Shown piece by piece: positions 51,506 through 64,000 of a stretch of DNA of 64,000 nucleotides; positions within the stretch are counted from its first letter, which is position 1; the number at the start of each line of letters is the position of its first letter. The stretch lies in contig OZ231126.1 of NCBI GenBank assembly GCA_965153355.1, forward strand, positions 25,544,001 to 25,608,000. Direction: 5' to 3'. Source of the DNA: Flaccisagitta enflata (taxonomy: Eukaryota). The notes below the pieces were generated by a model. It did not search any database, was not told the DNA's origin, and worked only from the letters and a program-made list of their open reading frames with translations. The translations under genes were made by a program, and so were the position numbers.

Positions 51506-54500
51506 CCCCACCTCTTAGCATCGGCGTTGGTCCTGACGCATTCTCAAGCCAAAGCGCATTCACGTCCAACAGTTTTTTTGTTCAAATGAATGAAATCTTG
51601 CTTTATGTATAGTATCAAATGAAAAATACTCCAACGAAAGAGAAAATCAAGAATAGGAAGAAAAAAATTTGAGCTAAAAAGGAACTGTTAGGAGGAAGAA
51701 ATGTCAGCATCTGACAATTTTACACCAACATTTTATGTTCGCTCCACTTATGAATCATGAAAAAATTGTCAATAAGCAGTGAATCGTGGGCTGGTTTGAT
51801 TTCATTACTTGTGTCACACCAATTATTGCAATACATTTCCTGATTTTAGTCTCAACGTGTACAGAACGAAAAAGTAGAAAATAAGAATTGACCCCAGCCC
51901 CAAGGGTATGAAACTTTTTTCATCTCCTAAGTTAAGGGGTGACACACCTTTTTATCGAAAAAAAATTTTCTAGTAGGGCTCGACCTGAAAGACGAGGTTT
52001 ATCCCGGGCTGTCAGTAAAGTGACGACTTTGCCGCTTTAGGGCAGTATATTAGGCCCTCTCACGGTATCCCTGTAAAAAAATCTCACGATCGATAGGCCT
52101 TCTTAAATGACAATTTTTGCTCGATAAGGGAAAAATGATGGAAAGGTCATACTATGAACAGTCATGTAAAAATGGCTTGGAAGTATATGACATCATGAAC
52201 CATATCTTGACACTCTTGTTCCATCACTTTTTTGCATCATTTTTTCCATAAAATTATCTATTTTTGACCAAAAATCTGTTTTGACATGTGCTATGTGAGC
52301 CCATTCATACTTTTTTAAAGAATAAGTCTTTAAATTGCATGCTTTGTACAGTAAAATGATCTTAAATTGACAAAACTTTCAAGCAAAATCTTAGAAAAGA
52401 GTAAGAATTATTTCATAGAGGTATCTTTACTGTAATACTACCGACACAGTTTGTATAATATGGTCAAATTTTTTTTGAGAGGCTGTTCATATCTATCTGA
52501 CACTAGTATAAAACTTTTTTGCCATATGATTCTTAGCATTTTGGATGTCTTTGTCAAGTACCTTTTAAAGAATGTCAGCTGACAATTGAATTTCAAAAAA
52601 TAGGATATTTTATTCTGAAAAATTCATTTGGGGTACTTCCCATTGGAGTAAAGTCATGAAATTTGAATGGTAGTCAAAAGAAGCATTTAACCTTAAGCAT
52701 TTCAAATTTTGTAACAATCGGTGGATTTAAAGTATCAATTTTGTGAGTTTTTCTATTCCAAATAGCAAAATTTGAAGTTTTTGAAAAAAACATTTTTCAT
52801 CCCCTAAAGACAAATCTTGAACATAGATGAACATTTTGCATTCTTAAAAACATCGGACCCGAGATAATGTAATTTACTAGGGTCTGATGTTTTTGGTTTT
52901 TCCAATTTTTCAATTTCTATGCAAATTTGTTATTTAGGGTGCACCAATATCAGATTCAACAGAAATATGAAAAAAAGGATGTTTTTTTAGTTTGGAGTTT
53001 TAAATGGGGCACGTCCTGGTGAAGAAAAGTCATGAAAAGTTTACAGTAGTTAAATGAAGCACCAAACCACCTGCATGTCAATTTTCATTACTATAAGACA
53101 ATTTTTGATAGCTGTTGATGAATTTTTAGATATTCATTTGTGAAATTTATGAAATTAGTCATTTTTAAAAGAAAAACCACTATTTTTTTTTCTGATGATA
53201 TTTTGCATCAATTTCCTCTGTTAACCCAAAATGACATATATTATCAGGTGAATTAAATGTTTCTAGTAAAAAATATGGTAATTTTTTTGCTCTTGGCGAA
53301 ACTGAAGTGTCACAATAATTTTCATTGTGTCATATGCCTTTTATCATCACTTTGCCATCTTTTATTGATCTCCTATGACAATTACTCTTTGTGAAGCTCT
53401 TATCTGTAAATGAGTTGAAAAAACATGTGGAGTTGAGCTCAAATAAAAAATATCCTAAATAGTAAAAGAGAATTCATAGAAAAATTGACATTTTTTTTAG
53501 GAAAATACTATGATACCGGGTGGACATAAAAAAGATAGCTCTTTACTTAGCTGATGCAAAACTCTCTTTAATTGCCTATTTAGTGACTATATGAAATAAG
53601 GCTTTTTGTAGTTTATACATATGATTTAAACATACATATTCAAATTATGTGCAATCAACCAAAGTCATTTTTTTCAGCATTATTGCCTGTTTTTAATCAC
53701 AAGTGATAATCGGTTATAATTGGAAATTTAGGTGTAAATTTGGACTTTTATTTTCATATTCCTGGTTTTTATACTGATCTGAAACCTACTCTTATTCAAC
53801 TACCATCATACTAAAGTAAACTTGGTAAAAACACTATCTTTTTATCAAATTTCAATAAAATCTTTTAGGTGGACTATTATTCAATTCAGTTTTTTAAACA
53901 TTAGTTGAAAAATATTGATCTTCATAAAAAGTGCTCATAATGAAACATGTAGGCAACAATCATATCTACATAACTAAAAAAAAAAATTAATTCGGACAAA
54001 TTTGAAAAATGATATTAAAAAAATCAAAAGCTACTTTTTAAGTTACCACCCGTTATCTGCAAAAATCATGCTTATGAAAATCAAGGTTTTTTTTAAATAT
54101 ACTTTGGAAGAAAAGAAATGCAACAACTTCCCAAAAACTACTGCAAAAATTCTTCAATTTTGGACCAATCTCAGGTCTCTAACTCAATCTGTTTAGAAAT
54201 GAGAGCCTTTTAAAGACAACATGTCTATGAGCAATGACAGACAAATCTGCATTTAATGAGAAATAGCTGCATCATTCTAGTTTTTGATTGTGCAAAATTC
54301 TTATCGTTTTTAAAGAGCTCTTTGGAACTTTTATCAGATTGGGATTATCTTCTCTAAAAGCTGAGATCTATTGATTATTCATGCTACAGCTGAGTTGGTA
54401 CACCCTGTACATTTTTATCTATACGCTCTGGATAATGAACTTTGGGTTGAATGTAATGTAATGAATCCCAATAGCTACACGCCATTTTTTTCAAGTACTT

Positions 54501-54594
54501 CTATAGACTTTTATGTATAAACCAGCCAACTAAATCTGCTCTGTAGCCCACCAGAAGGCCGTTCTTTGACGGTTGATACAAATCCCAAACATTA

Positions 54595-55060
54595 CAGGGT
54601 GTTTCTCATCAAATTAAATCAAAGAAAACATTGCTATTTTACTATGAAATATGATAGATCGATTTTGAAAAAAAATCTGTACAGAAAAACTGATCCAATT
54701 TTTGACAAAGAATTTCAGAGAGTTGAGTTGAAAATACTGTTCTCCACATCAATTCAAAGTTATTTTTAGACTTATTTCCAGAACTTAAAGAGAAACTTCA
54801 TATGAGTGCTACTGATATTCTGTTCATTCATTTTGACACTAACAAATGAAAATTATGGGTGAGAAAATCAAAATCTTTTTTTTGAAAAGATAATCTTGAT
54901 ATTTGTTACTACCCTAACAATTGATTGTAATTGAAATTGGGTTAGTGATGAAAATTGGAACTTTTTTTTATAAGAATTTTTTTTTTTCAGAATTGATTTA
55001 TGACAATCCAAAAACAATTGGCAACATTTTCTTTCAAGTAATTTGATGTGAAACATCCTG
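54595..55060. mobile_element. Tc1/mariner-type MITE
   Basis: TA-CAGGGTGTTTCTCATCAAATT ... AATTTGATGTGAAACATCCTG-TA. Confidence 0.8.
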
Positions 55061-55215
55061 TATTATGTGAATTATCCTATCAGTAGTCTCTTTCACACGT
55101 TGAATACTGAGCAGAGGTCTGTAATGCAGCTAGAATCCTAACTTCTTCTTTCTTTCTTTCAAGCATAACTGACCCCTACAGACATGCTTGATTAGCCAAT
55201 TGGCTATGGCAAGTG

Positions 55216-55309
<94 letters not shown>

Positions 55310-57001
55310 AAGCCCAAGCCCAAACTCAAGCCCAGCCTCCAGGCCTAAAACTAAGCCTTGGGGCCTGAATCTATGCTTTGAGGCTAAATTGCAAGTCTCC
55401 AGGCTAAAATCTTAGCCTCTAGGCTGTTTGATATTAGCCTTGTGATCCAATTACTAGTGTTAGTCTTAAGTTCCAAATCCCAGGCTGGAAGCCTAAAGCT
55501 CAGACTTTTGATTCAAATTTTAGCCCATAGGCCATTTCCTCAACCCCAAAGATCAAGAAATTCCCCGAATCCGAGCCCAATCATAGGTATTCGACCTCTT
55601 TAGGGCAGCTGCCCCTCTCACCTTCTCAACCCAAGGTGCACTAACTTAGGAACGTCGGGTACTGCTGACTATCTAACGCTTTTGTAACTATTTCATGATG
55701 CGCGTTCTACTAGTTTGATGTTATTTGTTTTATCGCTCCTTCGTAATCGCACACAACTGATGTTGATCTTGTTTTGATGAATCCGGCCTTGTTATGGTTA
55801 ATTTCATCATCCAGAACCTTGTTTCAAAACTTTTTTTGAGAATCAAAATAAGATAGAATAGAAACGAATTTAAAGGTAATACAAAATCCGTTGAACCAAT
55901 AGATCGATGAATAAATAAGGAAAATAACTAGGCCGGATACACAGCCATCAGTTGCGGACGGGTGGGCAGGGGCGGAAAAGCGCTTTTTCCCACTTTTCGA
56001 CTTGATAATCACGACGGCGTTCTTTCAAAGGCAACATTTGTGTTTCAACGGGAGTCCAAGTCAAAAGTTAAAAATGATTGAAATTGAATGATTAAACTAA
56101 AATAATTATTAAGATATATCATAATCGATAATTTTTTGCATTACTTCCATTCAAGCATGAAATAGAACCAAGTGTAGTTAAAATTGATGAAGAAAATATA
56201 ATGCAAATTACTAAAAATTTCATTTTTGGTAACTGACAATGCGCCCGTTGAAATTCTAAGATTGCATAGAAAATGAAAAAATGAGAAAATAAAAAACATA
56301 GTTCTCTTCCAAAATCGATTATGGAGAGAACTATATTTTTGTAAATGCAAAATTTCCCTTCATTTAAGAGTCATAGAATTTCAATGGCAAGAACAAACAA
56401 AATAATGTAAGCAAAATTTGATGAAAAACCTTGATTTACTTGCTTTTCTCATAAGAATTGCGTCTTTAAAATTACTTTTGAGGTCAAAATATGATATCAG
56501 TACATTCACCAAGTGTCTTTGGAGACAATTTGTCCTTTGAAAGCATTCTTTCAACAATATTGTCCAAAAAATGATGCAAAAACTATGGTGAAACACTTTA
56601 TTTTCCTTCAAAAATTTGCCGTCTTACGGACCAACGGACCGACGGAACGACGGATGGACGGACGGACAAAGCCTCTTATAGAGTTGCGTGTCCGCAACTA
56701 AAAAAAGAAGATTAACTTATAGTTGAACCCCGCAAAAAGGATTGCTAGATAAAGTATGTTAAAGGCAAGGTCTTGTTATTGCTGAACAGAAATGATACAA
56801 GAATTTAAGATAATCAAAGTTTTTCATACATCATTGAAGAAACTCCGTTACAATCGGGTCCGTTAAAGCGAGGTGAAACTGTAACCTCTGCCGAATGTAT
56901 CATTAATTCCATGCATGGGATGCAGCTTTATTACTAATTTTGCGGCTAGAATAACCTTCTAAGAAGGCTTTTTCAAAAACAGTAAATGCACGTCTACAAA
57001 C

Positions 57002-57974
57002 TCACAATTCTAGGCCATGTAGCATAACAGAGATTGCAGCTAACGTCATCGAAGTTGTGAGGCATTGCGCGCCGTCTGTGTCACTTCCACCGGTGTTCTC
57101 ATCGGTGACAGTCGGTGATTTCTCAGTGGTGGCAGCAGAGGTTCGTTTGAGTTTGTAGGCTTTGATGACAGTGGGTTCTTCATCTTTGTAGAAGGTGCAT
57201 TGCAATCGTTGACCGTCGTCGTCCTCCAAAAGAGACGTCACCGTTAGTTGATACTCGTCTTTTGTCATTGCAACTCTAACAAAACGGTACAAAATCGATA
57301 TGCAGATAGAAATATCTTGCTAATTCCAATCAACATGTTCGAGTTGGCCTATAGGGGCTCCGGGTGGACCGTTAGGCATTTGCGTGAACAATCGACCAAC
57401 CGACAGACCAAACGACTGATCAACAGACCGGATATAGAGGTGCGTTGGCGCACGACAAAACCGGAGTTAAGAAAAAAAATTTTTTTTTTCTACTTGGAAC
57501 AATTTTGTTAGTCTGCTTTTATCTTATTTTATTTTCTAAACGGTTTGACTTAGAACAATGCAGTTTGCGGCATTTGATCACAAATTCGATGTCATTTCCG
57601 AACACCGCCGTTTTTTCTATGTTGATATTAATTCTATGTCTGCTATGCCCAGTAATGCTTGGTGATATACATATTAGCTAGATAGTCGATAGTAGATAGT
57701 AGATAGAAGGGACCAAATATGAGTTTCGTTACTTGAATCTGTTCCAGTTTCCGGGGTTGATGTCTTCATTTTCAAAGATGGTAGCTCGTCCGTAGGACCA
57801 CGACATATAAGAATCTGCGTCTCCGGATGTTTTCTTATTGGGACACGCTAAAGTGAGGCTGTCACCAACTTGGAAATCAATTTCTTCTTCCGAAGCGAAC
57901 GCTAAATAGAAACAAAATGAAGAAACTATCGCCAAAATCAGGACAGACCGCCGAAGAATTCTAAAAGCAATCAT
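57002..57974 (-). CDS. Two-exon gene (exon 1 57974-57733, exon 2 57275-57002): 171-aa protein with signal peptide, single Ig-like domain, Ser/Thr stalk and probable GPI signal
   Basis: Phase-compatible GT..AG intron (TTCAA|GTAACG ... TTTTGTTAG|AGTT). Hydrophobic N-terminus; Ig hallmarks VGDSLTLAC, MSW, YQLTVTSL, DDGQRLQC; C-terminal DGA followed by a hydrophobic tail. Confidence 0.8.
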
Positions 57975-58235
57975 GTTTTTTTCTTTTATCGTTAATTGTT
58001 TTCTTTCTTGTCTTTCAGTTTATGTCGATTTTTGTGAATTGCGTTATGCGATTCACTTGAACACAACTGTTTATTTTTTCTTTACTCTATGATAACTTTA
58101 TCAAGGATGAATAGAAACCATTGTCAATTGAAGACTTGCGATAATGGAGATCTCATAATAAATAAACATACGGGCAGCAACGGGAAAATTATTTCTGTGC
58201 GTAACAGCCTCCGTCCTTAGATATAAGCCCTCAGT

Positions 58236-58305
<70 letters not shown>

Positions 58306-58477
58306 GATAATAGCGTGAAGAGTTACGACACAAAAACAAATAACCGTCAATCCTAGGGGCAAAATTTTAATCATGCACATCAAACAATTGATACAGTAGT
58401 AATCATATAGTCTTGAGATAAGGGGATCATTATTTGAGCATACAGAATCAAATCAGACTATCAGAGTATCAAAAATA

Positions 58478-59100
58478 ATAGCAGCCCAAAGGCGGTAAGT
58501 GGTCAGCGGTACCCGTGCCCTGCTTGAGTAGTATGTGATTTAATTTGAGAGGGAGCAGGGCAGCGGCCCCGAAGGGGACGAAGTCCTGTAGAACACAGGG
58601 GGAATCTGTCCGTCCGTCCATCCGTCCGTCCGTCCATCCGTTTGTTCGTCCCCCTGCCCCATCTTCAGGGCTTCATCTCCTTCAGGGCCTAGTCTGACCC
58701 TTATTCTGCCAAATAGCCCAAATCCAAGCAATATGGCCCAAATCTAAGCAAAATGACCCAAATCCAAGCATATTGGCCCAAATCCAAGCAAAATGGCCCA
58801 AATCTGGTCAGAATCTAGGTATTGGAGGCCAAAATGATGGACCTCAGGCCAGAATTAGGGTTTTCTGGCAAGATTTGGGCCATTTTGCTTGGATTTGGGC
58901 CAATATACTTGGATTTGGGTCATTTCGCTTAAATTTGGGCCATATTGCTTGGATTTGGGCTATTTGGCAGAATTAGGGTCAGAATAGGCCCCGAAGGAGA
59001 CGAAGCCCTGAGGATGGGGTAGGGGGGGACGTACGGACGGACGGACAGATTCCCCCTGTGTTCTACAGGACTTCGTCCCCTTCGGGGCCGCTGCCCAAAA
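58478..59100 (-). mobile_element. Well-preserved foldback family B element
   Basis: About 250-bp inverted arms (58558-58812 vs 58860-59096) containing 19-bp repeats GCCCAAATCCAAGCAAAAT, plus a one-sided tail with hairpins. Confidence 0.8.
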
Positions 59101-59176
59101 AGCAGCAGCTCTGTGTACAGACATTTTGAACATATAAGTTGGACAACATTACTTTACCAGTAATGGCGGCTATCGC

Positions 59177-59816
59177 CAGGGTCCGACAAAATTTTTGGCA
59201 GCCTACAAGCAAAATTTTTCAATTGTTTCTTGCCTACTATACAAGCATGTAGTTTAATAGAGTTCTTTTTTTTTTATAGATCAGATTTCAATCACAGAGA
59301 TATGAATTTGCTTGTAACATTTTTTCAATCTATACTTTGACTTTGAGATAATTTCAAAAAGACCATTGCCGTATCTTTTCTAAAAAGCGCCCAGGGCGCT
59401 TTTGAAATTAAAATCTAACTTAGCTTTTTAACCCTCCAATTAGCGCCCCCTTTGTATTGTAGAAGAACTGTCATTCAGTCCATCTTTTTCATGAAAAGCA
59501 ATCAAAATGCTAAATTTGACTTGAAGAGAGATATTCATTGCATATATCTGCTTAAAAGTCAGTGAAAATGGCTCAGCGTGTTGTGTTTTTTCATCATTTT
59601 ACTTAAGATTTCTATGCAAATCTTTTCTGGAGAGTGTGACACTAAGTAAAAAAGAGGGGGGGGGCGCTTTATGGAAACAATACAGTGATAGCCAAAAAAA
59701 TGGGTTTTTTTCTCGGTTTTATAGTAAAATTTTCACGAATTTTTCCTCCCTGCTCACAAAAACAGTTTGCTGCCTGCGAGCAATGCTTGCGTGCTCGGGC
59801 ACTTTGTCATACCCTG
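59177..59816. mobile_element. hAT-type MITE
   Basis: Imperfect TIRs CAGGGTCCGACAAA/TTTGTCATACCCTG; exact 8-bp TSD GCTATCGC. Confidence 0.88.
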
Positions 59817-60157
59817 GCTATCGCCGTGAGGAAAAAAGGGGTAAGCATTGGCCACTTTCCACCAAGTTTTTTTCTTCACTCATTGCAATTCTTTATTATT
59901 TGTCAGATTGAATCAACAGCAATTAATTGCTTTTAATTCTATCTGACAACTAATTGTATGTATTGAAACAAGGCCAACACCTATAAGTCGCGTGCGAGGG
60001 TGGGGCGGGGGGGGGGGTATGGACACTTGTACCTCGAGATGGATGGACACAGGAACGGATAGATTCCCTTATGTTCTACAAGACTTGGTCCCCTTTGGTT
60101 CCTCGGGATTGCTCGGGGTTTGCTTGGGATTTGCTCAGGTTTGACTCAGGATTGTCG

Positions 60158-61497
<1,340 letters not shown>

Positions 61498-61503
61498 GAG
61501 TTG

Positions 61504-61801
61504 TCCCCTGATCTCATTCCAATGGAAAACCTTCGAAATCAGATGAAAAACTTGCAGCTATAAGAATGCGCAACACCAATCACAGGGTTAAAAGAAATTC
61601 GCAGAGAAGATTTGGAAACAAGCCGCACCAGATCACCTGAAAAAGCTCTTCAAAATGATGCCAAGGCAAAGGGAAGCAATCATTGAGGCCCAGGGTGGAC
61701 ACATGAACTACCAATTTGCTTGAATTGAGTTTACTTGTATTTTAGGGGTGAATATATGAACTTATACCCTACGTGTTGCAATACTTATTTCCTAGGTAGT
61801 A
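61504..61801 (+). pseudogene. 3' fragment of a Tc1-family transposase plus probable right end
   Basis: Translates with a stop and a frameshift to SPDLIPMENL..MK and IWKQAAPDHLKKLFKMMPRQREAIIEAQGGHMNY, matching the Tc1 SPDLNPIENLW...SMPRR...GG.TKY pattern. Confidence 0.8.
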
Positions 61802-62705
61802 TATTTGTTCCTTGAAAAGAGATCAGGAAGAAAAACAAATTTTAAATCTTAACAGTTGACACCGTAGTATGGTGAAAACTACATAAATTCAAGTTGCAAA
61901 TGTCATTTGTTTTCATATCACACCTGAGACCTCTGGCTTACTTGATGGAGACTACGTAGACAAAAGGGCATGGGAACGTGGATTTTAGATTTTAGGATGA
62001 CAGAGAGGGAATTCATTATCAGAGCGCCTGCGCCGCCGCCTCCCCACGTTTTAGGCTCATAAATATCCCCCCCCCCCTTTATCATCTCTGTGATATGATT
62101 TTCATTGTCGATCCTCCTTATTCAAAAAGTTTGATATTGACAGCTTGTTTTCTTTATTTTGCATTTTCAGTGTCCTTCAATCATTTAAATGCCTAATCTC
62201 TCTTTTTTAGCAGAAAACATCTTATTTGAAACCTTTGTTATACTCCAGCTGTCTTGGGCTAGGGAGGGTCGATGAGAAGATTTGATAAGTACTACAGGTT
62301 TACATTATTGTTGCAGCATAAGGAGGGGGGAGGGATGAAGATGCGCATTTTGACCTAATATTGCTTCAACAATGTGAAAAACCTCCTCTCAGTACGGTAT
62401 TTACTGTCTATAACTAATAATGATTTCGGAAAATCATGTTTGTTGATACTGCCAAGCTACAACAAGAGTAACAGAAATCTACATGCAACACATACAATTT
62501 GTTAGTCTTTCTAAAGACGATTCTCTTCATTTCCAATATTGGCATTAACAGAAATCCATCACTAACAGAAAAAAAATTACTAGTCTCTTTAGACCAACGG
62601 GATTTAACTGCAAAAAAAAAAACTGTTTTGATACAGTCTTACCCAGCTCTAATGGACCTGTTGTTAACAGAATTCCACCTAAAACGGATGCCAAGTTTTT
62701 TCCCT

Positions 62706-62909
62706 TTTTTAGTCGCATGTTGCGCGACTCTACACCCCGCTATGTCGGTCCGTCGGTCCATTGGTCGGAAGGTTGGTCCCCTTCTTACTTTTTTTGAGTT
62801 TTTGAGCGTTTTGAGCATATGGCTCCTGCCCAGATGCCTTGGTGACCTTCTCCAGCACTGCTCCTGCCCATCCACACGCAACTAGGGTAGCCGTGTATCC
62901 GGCCTTGTT
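62706..62909 (+). mobile_element. HINE/DINE-1-like element, family A, nested in a degenerate MITE (about 62634-62992)
   Basis: Same subTIR, microsatellite and terminal hairpin layout as 17970-18189. Confidence 0.72.
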
Positions 62910-64000
62910 ATCATAATTGGCACCAACAGAGTTCCACCTATAATAGGCATAACTATTGATCCCTTAAAATCTGTGAGGACGGGATGCAACTATATGAAGA
63001 CTCAGCTTGTGCTATTATGAGTTAATATTAGCTAATCTTTCTGTTATCAGTGAAATCTGATGTTATGTAGTCTCTTACAATATTCTGCAAAAATTAGGAC
63101 ACCAATAACTTTAACAATGTCTAAAACTGCAATGCAGTCTGCTTTATGGCTACATATCTATGATCTCCCTCTTTCATAATAGAGAATGGAAACTGCATGG
63201 CGTGCAAATGTAATCTTTTGTTCGCAACCTAGAATATGAATTGTACTTGGATGTCCTCTATCAAACTATTAAAAAACAAAAGATCCTGGCATCTGTACTG
63301 TATTTACTACCATGATCAATTTTGATACGTTTGAGTACAGAACATAATGACACACTTGACGCGATTGTCCACAGACTTCCCTGGCAAAGACGTCATTGCT
63401 AACGAACAGACGCACAGCTGGTGTAAATTCATTCTCTAAAATATTTCTATCGAGATACACTTTTTATCTAGGAAAAAAGAAAGAAAGCTTTAACCGCATA
63501 TTTTTGTCAAAATTGATGCCAGATGGTAGATGATGGAAAAAATAAAATCATATTATAGTTAATTGCTTCAAGTCAATGCCATGAAACTTTTTAAAACAAT
63601 CTTGTTTAGCAGGGGGCTGTTTCATGGTGCCTTTACTTGTCCCTGGCCTCTCGCAGAAAACGAGCTGTCAAAAATTTGTGATTAAACCTGGTGAGTTGGG
63701 TCGAGCAGAGAATGTCTCTTAAACCATCAGATATATAAAGAAATAGCTACTTTACATCATTTGATTCACTTTTGCGTCCATCTTCAACCACAAAGTCCAC
63801 GGACAATTTTGGAAAATATTTTTTATCATTCTATTTCAAAAAAATGACCAGGAAACAGTGTTTGTTTCCCCAGTCTCTCTGGTAACAGGGTGTGCAAAAA
63901 ATTTCGTACTTGCTATCAAATCTAAAGAAAAGACCCCTATCACTGAAGAAATTTTCTCAGATTGATATCTAAATTTGAAAGTTAGGTTAGGCCTCATACT

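Noticed and set aside
51930-54300. AT-rich 2.4-kb block as a distinct DNA transposon (TTAAGGGG start)
   Set aside because: No matching second terminus or ORF found by eye.
58500-58605. Family B tail as a self-cleaving ribozyme (HDV-like or hammerhead)
   Set aside because: By eye I could not place a CUGANGA/GAAA core or the HDV nested pseudoknot; the stems are explained by the element's inverted repeats. A covariance-model scan would settle it.

Overview
Repeat-rich eukaryotic (invertebrate animal, probably arthropod-like) genomic DNA. Main contents: (1) a 13.3-kb BEL/Pao LTR retrotransposon (1584-14853) with frameshifted gag-PR-RT-RH-IN, a very long Gln-rich Gag N-terminus and an extra ORF region after integrase. 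It has no tRNA primer-binding site; the 11 nt just after its 5' LTR are instead complementary to the predicted first 11 nt of its own transcript, the geometry of Tf1-type self-priming, which is the most interesting signal here. (2) An intact 13-finger C2H2 zinc-finger ORF (18997-20157, minus). (3) A very young 7.07-kb LTR element without gag-pol (27849-34920; near-identical LTRs, 5-bp TSD, PBS, PPT) carrying repeated exon-like palindromic modules. (4) A two-exon gene for a small secreted, probably GPI-anchored single-Ig-domain protein (57002-57974, minus). (5) Many non-autonomous DNA elements: Helentron/DINE-1-like HINEs, a foldback family with a covarying 3' hairpin, hAT and Tc1/mariner MITEs, a Tc1 transposase fragment, and micro/minisatellites. 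All calls are by eye; no searches were run, and degenerate repeat boundaries are approximate.
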